Source of the DNA: a bacterium
Lineage (GTDB): Bacteria > Bacillota_I > Bacilli_A > RF39 > UBA660
Assembly (NCBI GenBank): GCA_029099845.1
Contig: JAQXOT010000023.1
Span: forward strand, 150-64,149
Direction of reading: 5' to 3'
Length of the DNA stretch: 64,000 bases
Shown: in pieces, positions 29,404 to 37,855 of the stretch
Layout: the number at the start of each line of letters is the position of its first letter
Position numbering within the stretch: position 1 is the stretch's first letter
Translations under genes and position numbers: made by a program
The notes under the pieces: generated by a model
What the model saw: only the letters and a program-made list of their open reading frames with translations
Told to the model about the DNA's origin: nothing
The model's database searches: none

Positions 29404-30438
29404 TTACTCTTGTTCCTGATACATTGAATCAATTAAATCAAATAAATTATCATCATCAGTAGTCTCATTACCTGCATCAACTAATTTAGGTTCTGCATCA
29501 GTATCATAAACTTCAGAATTATTATCACTATCATAAGTATCTTTTACTCTACGGCCACTAGCTTTTTTACTAGCATCTAAATAATCAACATTATATTCTA
29601 AACCCAAATCTTCAAAATACTCAACAGCATCACCAACGGTAACCTCTTTAACAGCTGGCTTACTTTCTTCAGAACTTAAATCAACAACGCTTGTTGACTC
29701 AGCAACATCAAAAGTTGGTTTAATAGTTTCTTCTCTAGTTTCTACTTTGGCAGTTGCATCATCGCTAACCGCCCCAAAAGCTTTTTCTCTAACATCATCA
29801 ACATTTAACTTTTCCCTAGCGAAACTACTAGTAAATCTAACTTCTCTTTTTTGCACAACATCTTCCTTTTTATAGTTCTTATCTAAAATACCATAAATAG
29901 GAGAAATTATTGGTGAAGGCTTAAAATGAGTCTCTTCTTTTTTTGCCTCATAAATGCGATAATCACTAACTGTAGATTTTGGTGATGAAGTTGTACCATA
30001 AGGCTGATTAGGAACTCTACCATGATATAAATTATCACTTTCATAACCATATGGAGTTGGTTCTTTCTCAATGACTTTAACAATTTGTGGTTCAACATCT
30101 GGCTTCTCTATTTTTTCATCTGCATCAACTGTAAAATCACTATCGTCCATAATCCTAAATTGTCTTTTTTCCACAACTTCTTCTACTTCTTTATCATCAA
30201 CATCATCTATATCTTCTTCTAGCTTTTCAGGATAAGAATCTTTCTTTTCTGGTAAAACTATCTTTTTAGCAATAGGTTTTTCATCCCTATATTTATCTTT
30301 TATATCCTCACGTACTGATTCTCTTTTTATTTCCTTAACCTTATTCTTTTTAGGAGCCTGCTTCACTCTAGGCTTTTCCTCAACCTCTACATACTCTTCC
30401 TCAAAAAGAGCATTTTTAAGTTTCTCAAATACACCCAT
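29404..30438 (-). CDS. Acidic, largely disordered protein resembling the SftA (YtpT) N-terminal region, without FtsK motor
   Basis: Amphipathic N-terminus MGVFEKLKNALF and FKPSPIISPIYG motif; syntenic position of sftA. Confidence 0.6.
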   Translation of the reverse strand: MGVFEKLKNALFEEEYVEVEEKPRVKQAPKKNKVKEIKRESVREDIKDKYRDEKPIAKKIVLPEKKDSYPEKLEEDIDDVDDKEVEEVVEKRQFRIMDDSDFTVDADEKIEKPDVEPQIVKVIEKEPTPYGYESDNLYHGRVPNQPYGTTSSPKSTVSDYRIYEAKKEETHFKPSPIISPIYGILDKNYKKEDVVQKREVRFTSSFAREKLNVDDVREKAFGAVSDDATAKVETREETIKPTFDVAESTSVVDLSSEESKPAVKEVTVGDAVEYFEDLGLEYNVDYLDASKKASGRRVKDTYDSDNNSEVYDTDAEPKLVDAGNETTDDDNLFDLIDSMYQEQE

Positions 30439-30456
30439 GAACTCACCTCTTCAAAT

Positions 30457-31116
30457 TTATTCATCATCAAGTTCTAGCTTTTCTTGATCTTTTGCTTCCT
30501 TATAACCAACATCATATTTCTCCACTACATCCAAAAAATCTTCTTGTGTAGCTTCTGTTTCAAACAATGAGAAATTTTCCTCAGCATAGCTCAAAATATT
30601 TTCACCAACTAAACTATTCAAAATCTCATCATTATAAGTAATAGAACGCAAAACATAACTCATATTATTAACAACCATAACTAAATCATCAAAATCAACA
30701 AGAGCCTGCATTCTACCATAATTAAACACATATTGAATATAATACTTATCATCCACTTTGTCTATTTCAAGATATCCATCTTTATCATCAAAAGTAAGTA
30801 AAGACGAATAATAAGCATCACTATTTACGAGATAAGTATTAGCTGTTTTATGATAATATCCAATAACATCAACAAATAAATAATATTTATTTTCGAATCT
30901 ATCTTTAAATACAGCGTTATATTCTTCCTTATTTAAAAATTTCAATCCTCGTGGAACAAAATACTTATATCCATCAAAACTAGTATTAGTAATACTAACA
31001 TTTTCAGAAAGCAAAATATCAATATTTTTATCAATACTTTTACTGTCCAACTTCTTAACACTACAACCAGTAAAGAACAGTAAAACACCAGAGAGTAAAA
31101 CAATTATCTTCTTCAT
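30457..31116 (-). CDS. Hypothetical lipoprotein
   Basis: MKK-hydrophobic signal peptide with FTGC lipobox. Confidence 0.8.
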   Translation of the reverse strand: MKKIIVLLSGVLLFFTGCSVKKLDSKSIDKNIDILLSENVSITNTSFDGYKYFVPRGLKFLNKEEYNAVFKDRFENKYYLFVDVIGYYHKTANTYLVNSDAYYSSLLTFDDKDGYLEIDKVDDKYYIQYVFNYGRMQALVDFDDLVMVVNNMSYVLRSITYNDEILNSLVGENILSYAEENFSLFETEATQEDFLDVVEKYDVGYKEAKDQEKLELDDE

Positions 31117-31176
31117 AGTTCACCTACTCTTAATATATTATATCAAATTTTTTATAAATGTAAAAATATTTTCTTA

Positions 31177-31824
31177 CTATTTACTATTTTGGACACTCTT
31201 CTTGATTGCCCTAACCGCATAAATAGGTAACCCTTTATTAGAAAACTTATCTTCATACTCCGTAGTTATTAGCTCTTCCTTTACATCATTATGTAAATCA
31301 AAACTTATATCTGACAACACATATCCATTTTCGCTAAAGCTCATCAATGAATAAATATATAAATCCCTATTATCAGTGCGCATCCAAATTTCACAATCAG
31401 AAACAAATACATTATCATACTTGTCAAGAAAAACTTTACTAGAAAGTCTCCGTGAAGCATGTCGAACTTTAGGCCAAGGATCAGAAAAATTTAAATATAT
31501 TCTTTCTACCTCCTTAAAAAACACCTTATCTATATTATTAGCATCCATCCTAATAATCGCCAAATTACTTATTCCCTCAGGAATTTTAGGTAAACATCTC
31601 GCAACAACACTATCAAATTTTTCTATACCAATAAAATTAATATTAGGATATTTTAAAGCATTATCAATGATAAATTTTCCCTTTCCCATTCCAATCTCTA
31701 TATAAATAGGATTATCATTGTGAAAAAAATTTTTCCACTTTCCAATATAATCCTCTGGATTTTTAACTAAATAACTTGAACTATTTAAAATTTCTTCCTT
31801 ATTTTTTACATTTCTAAGTCTCAT
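31177..31824 (-). CDS. trmB: tRNA (guanine-N7)-methyltransferase
   Basis: MRLRN start, IEIGMGKG, LNFSDPWPK, TTEYE. Confidence 0.96.
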   Translation of the reverse strand: MRLRNVKNKEEILNSSSYLVKNPEDYIGKWKNFFHNDNPIYIEIGMGKGKFIIDNALKYPNINFIGIEKFDSVVARCLPKIPEGISNLAIIRMDANNIDKVFFKEVERIYLNFSDPWPKVRHASRRLSSKVFLDKYDNVFVSDCEIWMRTDNRDLYIYSLMSFSENGYVLSDISFDLHNDVKEELITTEYEDKFSNKGLPIYAVRAIKKSVQNSK

Positions 31825-31898
31825 AATAATCACCACCAATATTTTATCACATAATAAGACAATTAGCATATAATAAAACGAAAGATGAGTTGATTCTA

Positions 31899-32078
31899 AT
31901 GAACAATATGCCTTTTCCCTATTTAATTCCATATCAACCTACACCAATACCTAACATTGAAGAAGAAATAAAGAAATTAAAATATGATATAAAAATATTA
32001 AAAGAAAAGGTAGAAAATTTAGAAAAAAAAGGTAATAAAAATTATCTTCAAAAAGAAGAAGGCAAATATATGATGTAA
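31899..32078 (+). CDS. Small Pro/Tyr-rich + coiled-coil protein, candidate mother-cell sporulation protein
   Basis: 59-aa ORF with its own terminator (32078-32105) and an upstream AC-16-CATATAATA sigma-K-like promoter. Confidence 0.65.
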   Translation: MNNMPFPYLIPYQPTPIPNIEEEIKKLKYDIKILKEKVENLEKKGNKNYLQKEEGKYMM

Positions 32079-32157
32079 AAAAAAAGGAAGCCCCTTCCTT
32101 TTTTTGTTGAAAGCAATATTTTATGATATACTAACTATAGAAGGAAGTGAAGTAACA

Positions 32158-33474
32158 ATGTTAAAGCTCAAAAACATTGATAAAGATATATATGACAATT
32201 ATGTAAAAAATCACCCAACCAAATCACATTTTTTACAATCACACGCATGGGGAGAATTTGCCAAAGTAAAAAAAGGAGTCACCCCCTATTACTTAGGACT
32301 AGTAAATGAAAAAGACGAACTAGTAGCAACAACGCTTCTATTGCAAAAAATTCTACCCTTAAATTTTTGTTATTTCTATGCCCCTAGAGGTTTTGTAATA
32401 GATTACAACAAAAAAGAGCTAGTAAAAATAATGACTAAAAAAGTAGTAGAGTTTGCTAAAAGGAAGAAAGCCATTTTTGTTAAAATAGACCCCGACATAA
32501 TATATAAAAGTTATAACTACTTAAACGAAGAAGTAAAATTAAATTATGACCCTAAAGAAATCTTTGCTACACTACAAGAAGCCGGTTTTAAACATCAGGG
32601 CTTTACCAAAAATTTTGAAACAATGCAACCACGATATACATTTAGAATAGACTTAACTCAACCAATAGAAGAAATAGAAGAACATTTTTCCAAAACTACA
32701 AAGCAACGGATAGCTAAAGCCATTAAACTAGAAACCGAAGTTACTATTGGTGGAAAAGATGATATTAAAGAATTCTACCATTTAATGACACTAACAGAAA
32801 ATAGAAAAGACTTTATTTCATACAACGAAGATTACTATGAAACCTTATATGAAATATTTAATGGTAATGAAAACAGTAAAGCTACCTTATTTCTAGGAAA
32901 AGTTAATTTAAATAAAACTATTAAAAGTTTAGAAAAATCGTTAAAAAGAATAAATGACCAAATATCTATTATTCCAATCGATAACTTAAGCAAAAGTGCC
33001 AAAACCAAATTATCAGAATTAACAAAACAAAAAGAAAATATTAATAATGAAATTGAAAAATTTAAAAGCTATCGCCAAGAATATGGTCAAGAACTAACAT
33101 TAAGTGCTCATATGATTATCGAATATGGTGACAAAGCTTGGGTCTTATATGCTGGAAATCATAATATTTTAAGTGAAACATATGTTAATTATAATACTTA
33201 TTATGAACATATCAAATACTGCAAAAATAGAGGTCTAAAAATATATGATCAATTTGGCACTATCGGTGATATAAACGAAAATAATCCTCGCCTAGGCCTA
33301 CACGAATTTAAAAAGAAATTTGGTGGTGACTACGTTGAATTTATTGGAGAATGGGATTACATTACCAATAAAATAATGTACTTTATCTTTACAAAAATCG
33401 TCCCAATCTATCGAAACTTTGTAAAAAAGAGAAGTAAAAAGGAGCTTCAAAATGAAATTAACAAAACTAACTAA
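32158..33474 (+). CDS. FemABX/MurM family lipid II aminoacyltransferase
   Basis: HFLQSHAW, YAPRG, KIDP, QPR, FKKKFGG...EFIGE motifs with coiled-coil insert. Confidence 0.92.
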   Translation: MLKLKNIDKDIYDNYVKNHPTKSHFLQSHAWGEFAKVKKGVTPYYLGLVNEKDELVATTLLLQKILPLNFCYFYAPRGFVIDYNKKELVKIMTKKVVEFAKRKKAIFVKIDPDIIYKSYNYLNEEVKLNYDPKEIFATLQEAGFKHQGFTKNFETMQPRYTFRIDLTQPIEEIEEHFSKTTKQRIAKAIKLETEVTIGGKDDIKEFYHLMTLTENRKDFISYNEDYYETLYEIFNGNENSKATLFLGKVNLNKTIKSLEKSLKRINDQISIIPIDNLSKSAKTKLSELTKQKENINNEIEKFKSYRQEYGQELTLSAHMIIEYGDKAWVLYAGNHNILSETYVNYNTYYEHIKYCKNRGLKIYDQFGTIGDINENNPRLGLHEFKKKFGGDYVEFIGEWDYITNKIMYFIFTKIVPIYRNFVKKRSKKELQNEINKTN

Positions 33475-34753
33475 AGAAGAATTTAAAGAATTTGCCATCA
33501 AACATCCCCAAATTACTTTTCACCAAACAGAAGAATGGGCCAATCTTAAAAAGAAAAATAACTGGGAAAGTTACTATGTTGGTTTAAAAGATAAAGATAA
33601 CATCACTGCTGGTGCACTCTTATTAGCTAAAGAAATTCCCATCATCAAGAAAAAAATGTTTTATTCACCAAGAGGATTCCTAATCGACTATAATAACTTC
33701 GAACTACTAGAAACTTTTACTAAAGAAATTAAAAAATTTGTTCAAAAAGAAAATGGTATTTTTATAAAAATTGATCCCTACGTGGAGTACCAAGAGCATG
33801 ACAATAATGGTGATATTGTAGAAAATGGTTTCAATAATGCCCAAGTAGTTGAAAACTTAAAAAAATTAGGTTATAAGCATTTTGGATTTAACTTAATGCA
33901 AGACACCCTACAGCCAAGATGGATGCACATTATTGACACTAAAGATAAAAGCTTAGATGATATTTTAAATGACATGGAATCAAAAACTAGACAAATACTA
34001 AGAAAAAATGAAAAATCTGGAATAACAACAAGAGAAATCACGCGAGATGAGCTTCCTATTTTTAAAGACATCATGCAAAAAACAAGTGATAGACGAGAAT
34101 TCATTGATAGACCATTATCATATTATCAAAATATGTGGGATAATCTCCACGACTCAGGAATATTAAAAATAATTATTGCAGAAATTAATTTTAACGAATA
34201 TGAAAAAAATACTCTCAATGAATTAAATATAAATAAACAAGAATTAGAAGATCGCATTACCAAAAAAGAAAAAAATCTTCTAAAAATGAATGAAAAAAAA
34301 TATCAACAAAGCAATAACCAAAATAAAGAAGCCATAAAACGTTTAGAAAAGCAACTAGTAAAAATCAAAGAATTAAAAGAACAATATGGTGAAACCAAAG
34401 TTCTAGGTGGCATACTATTTCTAATCTATGGTAATGAAGTATTATCACTTTATGGTGGATCCGATGAAAACTTAATGCAGTTTCAATCAGCCTATAGTAC
34501 ACACTTTGCAGGAATAAAATATGCTGTTGAAAACAACTATGCAAAATATAACTTCTACGGAATCACTGGCGATTTCAGAAAAGAAAACCCATTATATGGA
34601 CTATTTTTATTCAAAAAAAGTTTTGGTGGACATGTATCAGAGCTAATTGGTGAATTTGATTATATCATTTCACCATTCTGGTATAAAATATATAATTTAT
34701 CCTTCAAAATATATCACAATATCAAAAATTTAAAACAAAAAATTAAGAAATAA
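33452..34753 (+). CDS. FemABX/MurN family lipid II aminoacyltransferase (paralog)
   Basis: FHQTEEW, YSPRG, KIDP, QPRW, YNFYGI, FKKSFGG...ELIGEF. Confidence 0.92.
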   Translation: MKLTKLTKEEFKEFAIKHPQITFHQTEEWANLKKKNNWESYYVGLKDKDNITAGALLLAKEIPIIKKKMFYSPRGFLIDYNNFELLETFTKEIKKFVQKENGIFIKIDPYVEYQEHDNNGDIVENGFNNAQVVENLKKLGYKHFGFNLMQDTLQPRWMHIIDTKDKSLDDILNDMESKTRQILRKNEKSGITTREITRDELPIFKDIMQKTSDRREFIDRPLSYYQNMWDNLHDSGILKIIIAEINFNEYEKNTLNELNINKQELEDRITKKEKNLLKMNEKKYQQSNNQNKEAIKRLEKQLVKIKELKEQYGETKVLGGILFLIYGNEVLSLYGGSDENLMQFQSAYSTHFAGIKYAVENNYAKYNFYGITGDFRKENPLYGLFLFKKSFGGHVSELIGEFDYIISPFWYKIYNLSFKIYHNIKNLKQKIKK

Positions 34754-34763
34754 CACTTCTTTG

Positions 34764-36401
34764 TTATTTCTTTTTAAATGTTTTAAATTTATCACCAAAT
34801 ATAGACTTAATAATTCCCAATTTATAAGTTACCAATAAATAAACTAACGCCCCTAAAATAGCGTAAATAATTATAATAAATATATTAACAAAACGTTTCA
34901 TTGAAACAATAGGAACAATAAACTTAAATAAAAACAAAACTAAAATCATTACCATTGTCCCAGAAATAATATCCATAAAATTTTTAATTACATTCTCATA
35001 ATTAACCTCATATTTATAATGTAAAACAATAAGACAAATTATAAATGATACTAAATATCCAATTATACTAGCCGTAATAACACCATAATATGCCGGTAAA
35101 CCCATTTTATAAAAAGCACTAACTAAATTATTATTTAAAAATAATTTTAATAATACCCCAACAATTAAACTTATAAAAACCGTCTTATAATCTTTTAAAA
35201 CTTGAACAATAGAAACAGTAGCCGTAAATAATCCCATAACTAATCCCGCAAATATAAAGTAAGCCAAAACACTAGGTCCATATAAACTTTCTCCATAAAA
35301 TAAAAACCAAATTGGCTTTGCCAAAAAACTAATTCCAACTGTCATAGGAATCATTAAAAATAATAGTATGTTAAGAGCTTGAGTAATTTTTTTATTAATA
35401 TCTTTTTTATCATCTTTAATTACACTTTGTGTTAAATTAGGAATTAAACTAACAATAACACCAGTTGAAACCGCTAATACGATCATATTAAACTTATTAG
35501 CCCAAGTTGAAAGCATACTCATAATTGTTTCTGCATCTAAAACACTAAAATTAGCATTACTAACTAATCCTTCAATTACCGTAGTCATATCTATATAATT
35601 ATATAAAGCCTTAAAAACATCTATCATAATAAATGGCAAAGCATAAACAACGATTTTTTTAAATATTTGCTTATTTGTAATAATAGGTTCATTAGTAGTT
35701 CTAATCCGTTCATTAAACTTCTTACTATTTTTTCTCTTCTTTAAAATTAAGTAACCTAATGCAAAAATAGCTCCCAAAGTAGCTCCCAATAAAGCAACAC
35801 CTACTGTAAAAGAAAGAGACATCTTAAAAACATTTAAAGCTAAATAACTTCCCAAAACAATAACCAAAATTCTAATTAATTGTTCAAGAACTTGCGAAAT
35901 CGAAGGTGGGCTCATAAATCTATGCCCTTCAAAATAGCCCCTATAAATACTTAAGACCGGTACAAAAAGAATCGCTATAGAAATAACTCTAATAACAAAA
36001 ACAACATCATCGATTGTATTACCACCAGTCAAATCTCCCAATACCGATCTAGCAATTAATGGAGCAAATAGCATTAATAAAAGAAAACAAACAAATCCTA
36101 ATAATAAAGCTATTCTCTTACCAATAATAAAAGCTCTCCGTTTAGCATTATAATAACCCAGTGTTTGATATTCAGAAATAATTTTACTAATTGCTAATGG
36201 TATTCCAGCCGATGACAAAGACATAAATAATAAATATATAGTATAAGCATATCCATATAATGCTCCCCCACTATCACCAATTATGCTATGAAATGGAATA
36301 ACATATAAAATACCAAGAACCTTTGTAATAACAATACCCAAAGTAGTTATAAAAGCCCCAGTCATAAAACTATTTTTAAGCATAGTACGATCTTTTTTCA
36401 T
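34764..36401 (-). CDS. murJ: Lipid II flippase MurJ (YtgP/SpoVB MOP family)
   Basis: KVLGILYVIPF, GIPLAISK, RGYFEG, SQVLEQLIR; about 14 TM segments. Confidence 0.8.
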   Translation of the reverse strand: MKKDRTMLKNSFMTGAFITTLGIVITKVLGILYVIPFHSIIGDSGGALYGYAYTIYLLFMSLSSAGIPLAISKIISEYQTLGYYNAKRRAFIIGKRIALLLGFVCFLLLMLFAPLIARSVLGDLTGGNTIDDVVFVIRVISIAILFVPVLSIYRGYFEGHRFMSPPSISQVLEQLIRILVIVLGSYLALNVFKMSLSFTVGVALLGATLGAIFALGYLILKKRKNSKKFNERIRTTNEPIITNKQIFKKIVVYALPFIMIDVFKALYNYIDMTTVIEGLVSNANFSVLDAETIMSMLSTWANKFNMIVLAVSTGVIVSLIPNLTQSVIKDDKKDINKKITQALNILLFLMIPMTVGISFLAKPIWFLFYGESLYGPSVLAYFIFAGLVMGLFTATVSIVQVLKDYKTVFISLIVGVLLKLFLNNNLVSAFYKMGLPAYYGVITASIIGYLVSFIICLIVLHYKYEVNYENVIKNFMDIISGTMVMILVLFLFKFIVPIVSMKRFVNIFIIIIYAILGALVYLLVTYKLGIIKSIFGDKFKTFKKK

Positions 36402-36446
36402 AATATCCCTCATGATAATCATACCATACAAAAATAAAAAAATAAA

Positions 36447-36620
36447 TTATTCAGTGTAAACAATCATTGCCGAAAAACAAAATATTTGTTCTTCACTAAA
36501 AACCCCAATACTAACTTGATACTTAATATCAATAACCTCTCCAGTCATATTATCTAAAAAATCATTAATATCATTTTCTAAATCATCTTCATCTTCTAAA
36601 TCAAATATTTTAACTTTCAT
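36447..36620 (-). CDS. cse60: Sporulation protein Cse60 (57 aa, missed by ORF track)
   Basis: MKVKIFDLEDEDDLENDINDFL...IDIKYQV...EQIFCFSAMIVY matches Cse60/YteV; GGTGA RBS and upstream CATATTTT sigma-E-like -10. Confidence 0.85.
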   Translation of the reverse strand: MKVKIFDLEDEDDLENDINDFLDNMTGEVIDIKYQVSIGVFSEEQIFCFSAMIVYTE

Positions 36621-36696
36621 TTAATCACCAAATAAAATATAAACCATAAAATATGAAAAAATTGTCAAAAAAAATATGCAAATATTTTTGCATACT

Positions 36697-37617
36697 TTAT
36701 TTCCTCAAACCAGGCTTTTTATTTAAATCATCACTTTTTTGTTTAGCAACTCTAACACCATCAACCATAGGTGGCACATGAACTTCTTGCTTAAGGCGTT
36801 CATTTATATCTAATTCAATAATAGAATCACAAACTTTATATCGATAAAAATTCTTAATTTCCGAATAATCTCCACCACCAATAGCTTTACCCATTGCATC
36901 GTGATATTCATCACGTTCTTCAGCCTTAATATAAACTGGTGGAAAACCAGCATCCTCTAACAATTTATTTACAAAGCCACGAACTGTACGACCATTGCCA
37001 TCTGCAAAAGGATGAATTTTAATCAAGTTACAACCCAACACTACACATTGATCTAAATAGTCTAATAAAATACCAGGATCTCTCCATTCCCTAACAAATG
37101 AAGCCACTTCTTTTAAAAATAATACCTCATCATTTAGCCCTTTTAACTCACTAAAAATTGCATACCATGGAACTAAATCAGAAGGACAATTCTTAATACG
37201 CGCAGGCTCTCTTCTAAAACTACCACCAAATTCTGGATATGGTGTTTTAGAATATAATTTTTCATGCAACGTTTTAAGCGTAAAAATATCAAACATATCT
37301 TCAATTTCATCAGAATGAATATATTCATACATTTCACGTAATCCTTCTATTTCTTCAGGACTGTGAACTGCCTCCAATTTACTCTCATTCTTAATATATC
37401 GAGATACAAAAGCATTTTTCAAACTTTCAAATTCAATTTCCTCAGGATTCAACGAGAAATACATTTTTAACAAGGTTGTAGGAACAGTATTATCTTCACT
37501 ATAAAGTTGTCTTCTTTGTTTTCTTTGCTTATATCCTAAAAACATTTCCCGAATAACAACACTCATATCTATACCCTTTGAATCAAATAACTTCAAAATA
37601 AGTTCTCTCTCGCTCAC
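36697..37617 (-). CDS. Fic family protein
   Basis: Canonical HPFADGNGRTVR motif; ESKLEA may be the N-terminal autoinhibitory helix. Confidence 0.9.
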   Translation of the reverse strand: MSERELILKLFDSKGIDMSVVIREMFLGYKQRKQRRQLYSEDNTVPTTLLKMYFSLNPEEIEFESLKNAFVSRYIKNESKLEAVHSPEEIEGLREMYEYIHSDEIEDMFDIFTLKTLHEKLYSKTPYPEFGGSFRREPARIKNCPSDLVPWYAIFSELKGLNDEVLFLKEVASFVREWRDPGILLDYLDQCVVLGCNLIKIHPFADGNGRTVRGFVNKLLEDAGFPPVYIKAEERDEYHDAMGKAIGGGDYSEIKNFYRYKVCDSIIELDINERLKQEVHVPPMVDGVRVAKQKSDDLNKKPGLRK

Positions 37618-37855
37618 TATAAGCCCCCCCTTAATTTGGACATATTATAACACAAAAATAAAAAAAAGACAAGTATAACTAATCTATCAATCTTATAAAA
37701 CAAATTATTATTTTTAATGCATTAAAATATAATTTACTTTTTATTTAAACTAATTATTAAAAAAATAAAAACCATCTACAAATGGTTTTTATTTCAATAT
37801 AGAAATAACATTTAATTATAACTAATAAAAATAATATTAGTTTATCTTAATGTTA

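Noticed and set aside
37620-37855. AT-rich intergenic stretch as a possible ncRNA or origin
   Set aside because: Accounted for by the leuS terminator (about 37763-37794) and the Fic promoter; no DnaA-box cluster or further structure seen.
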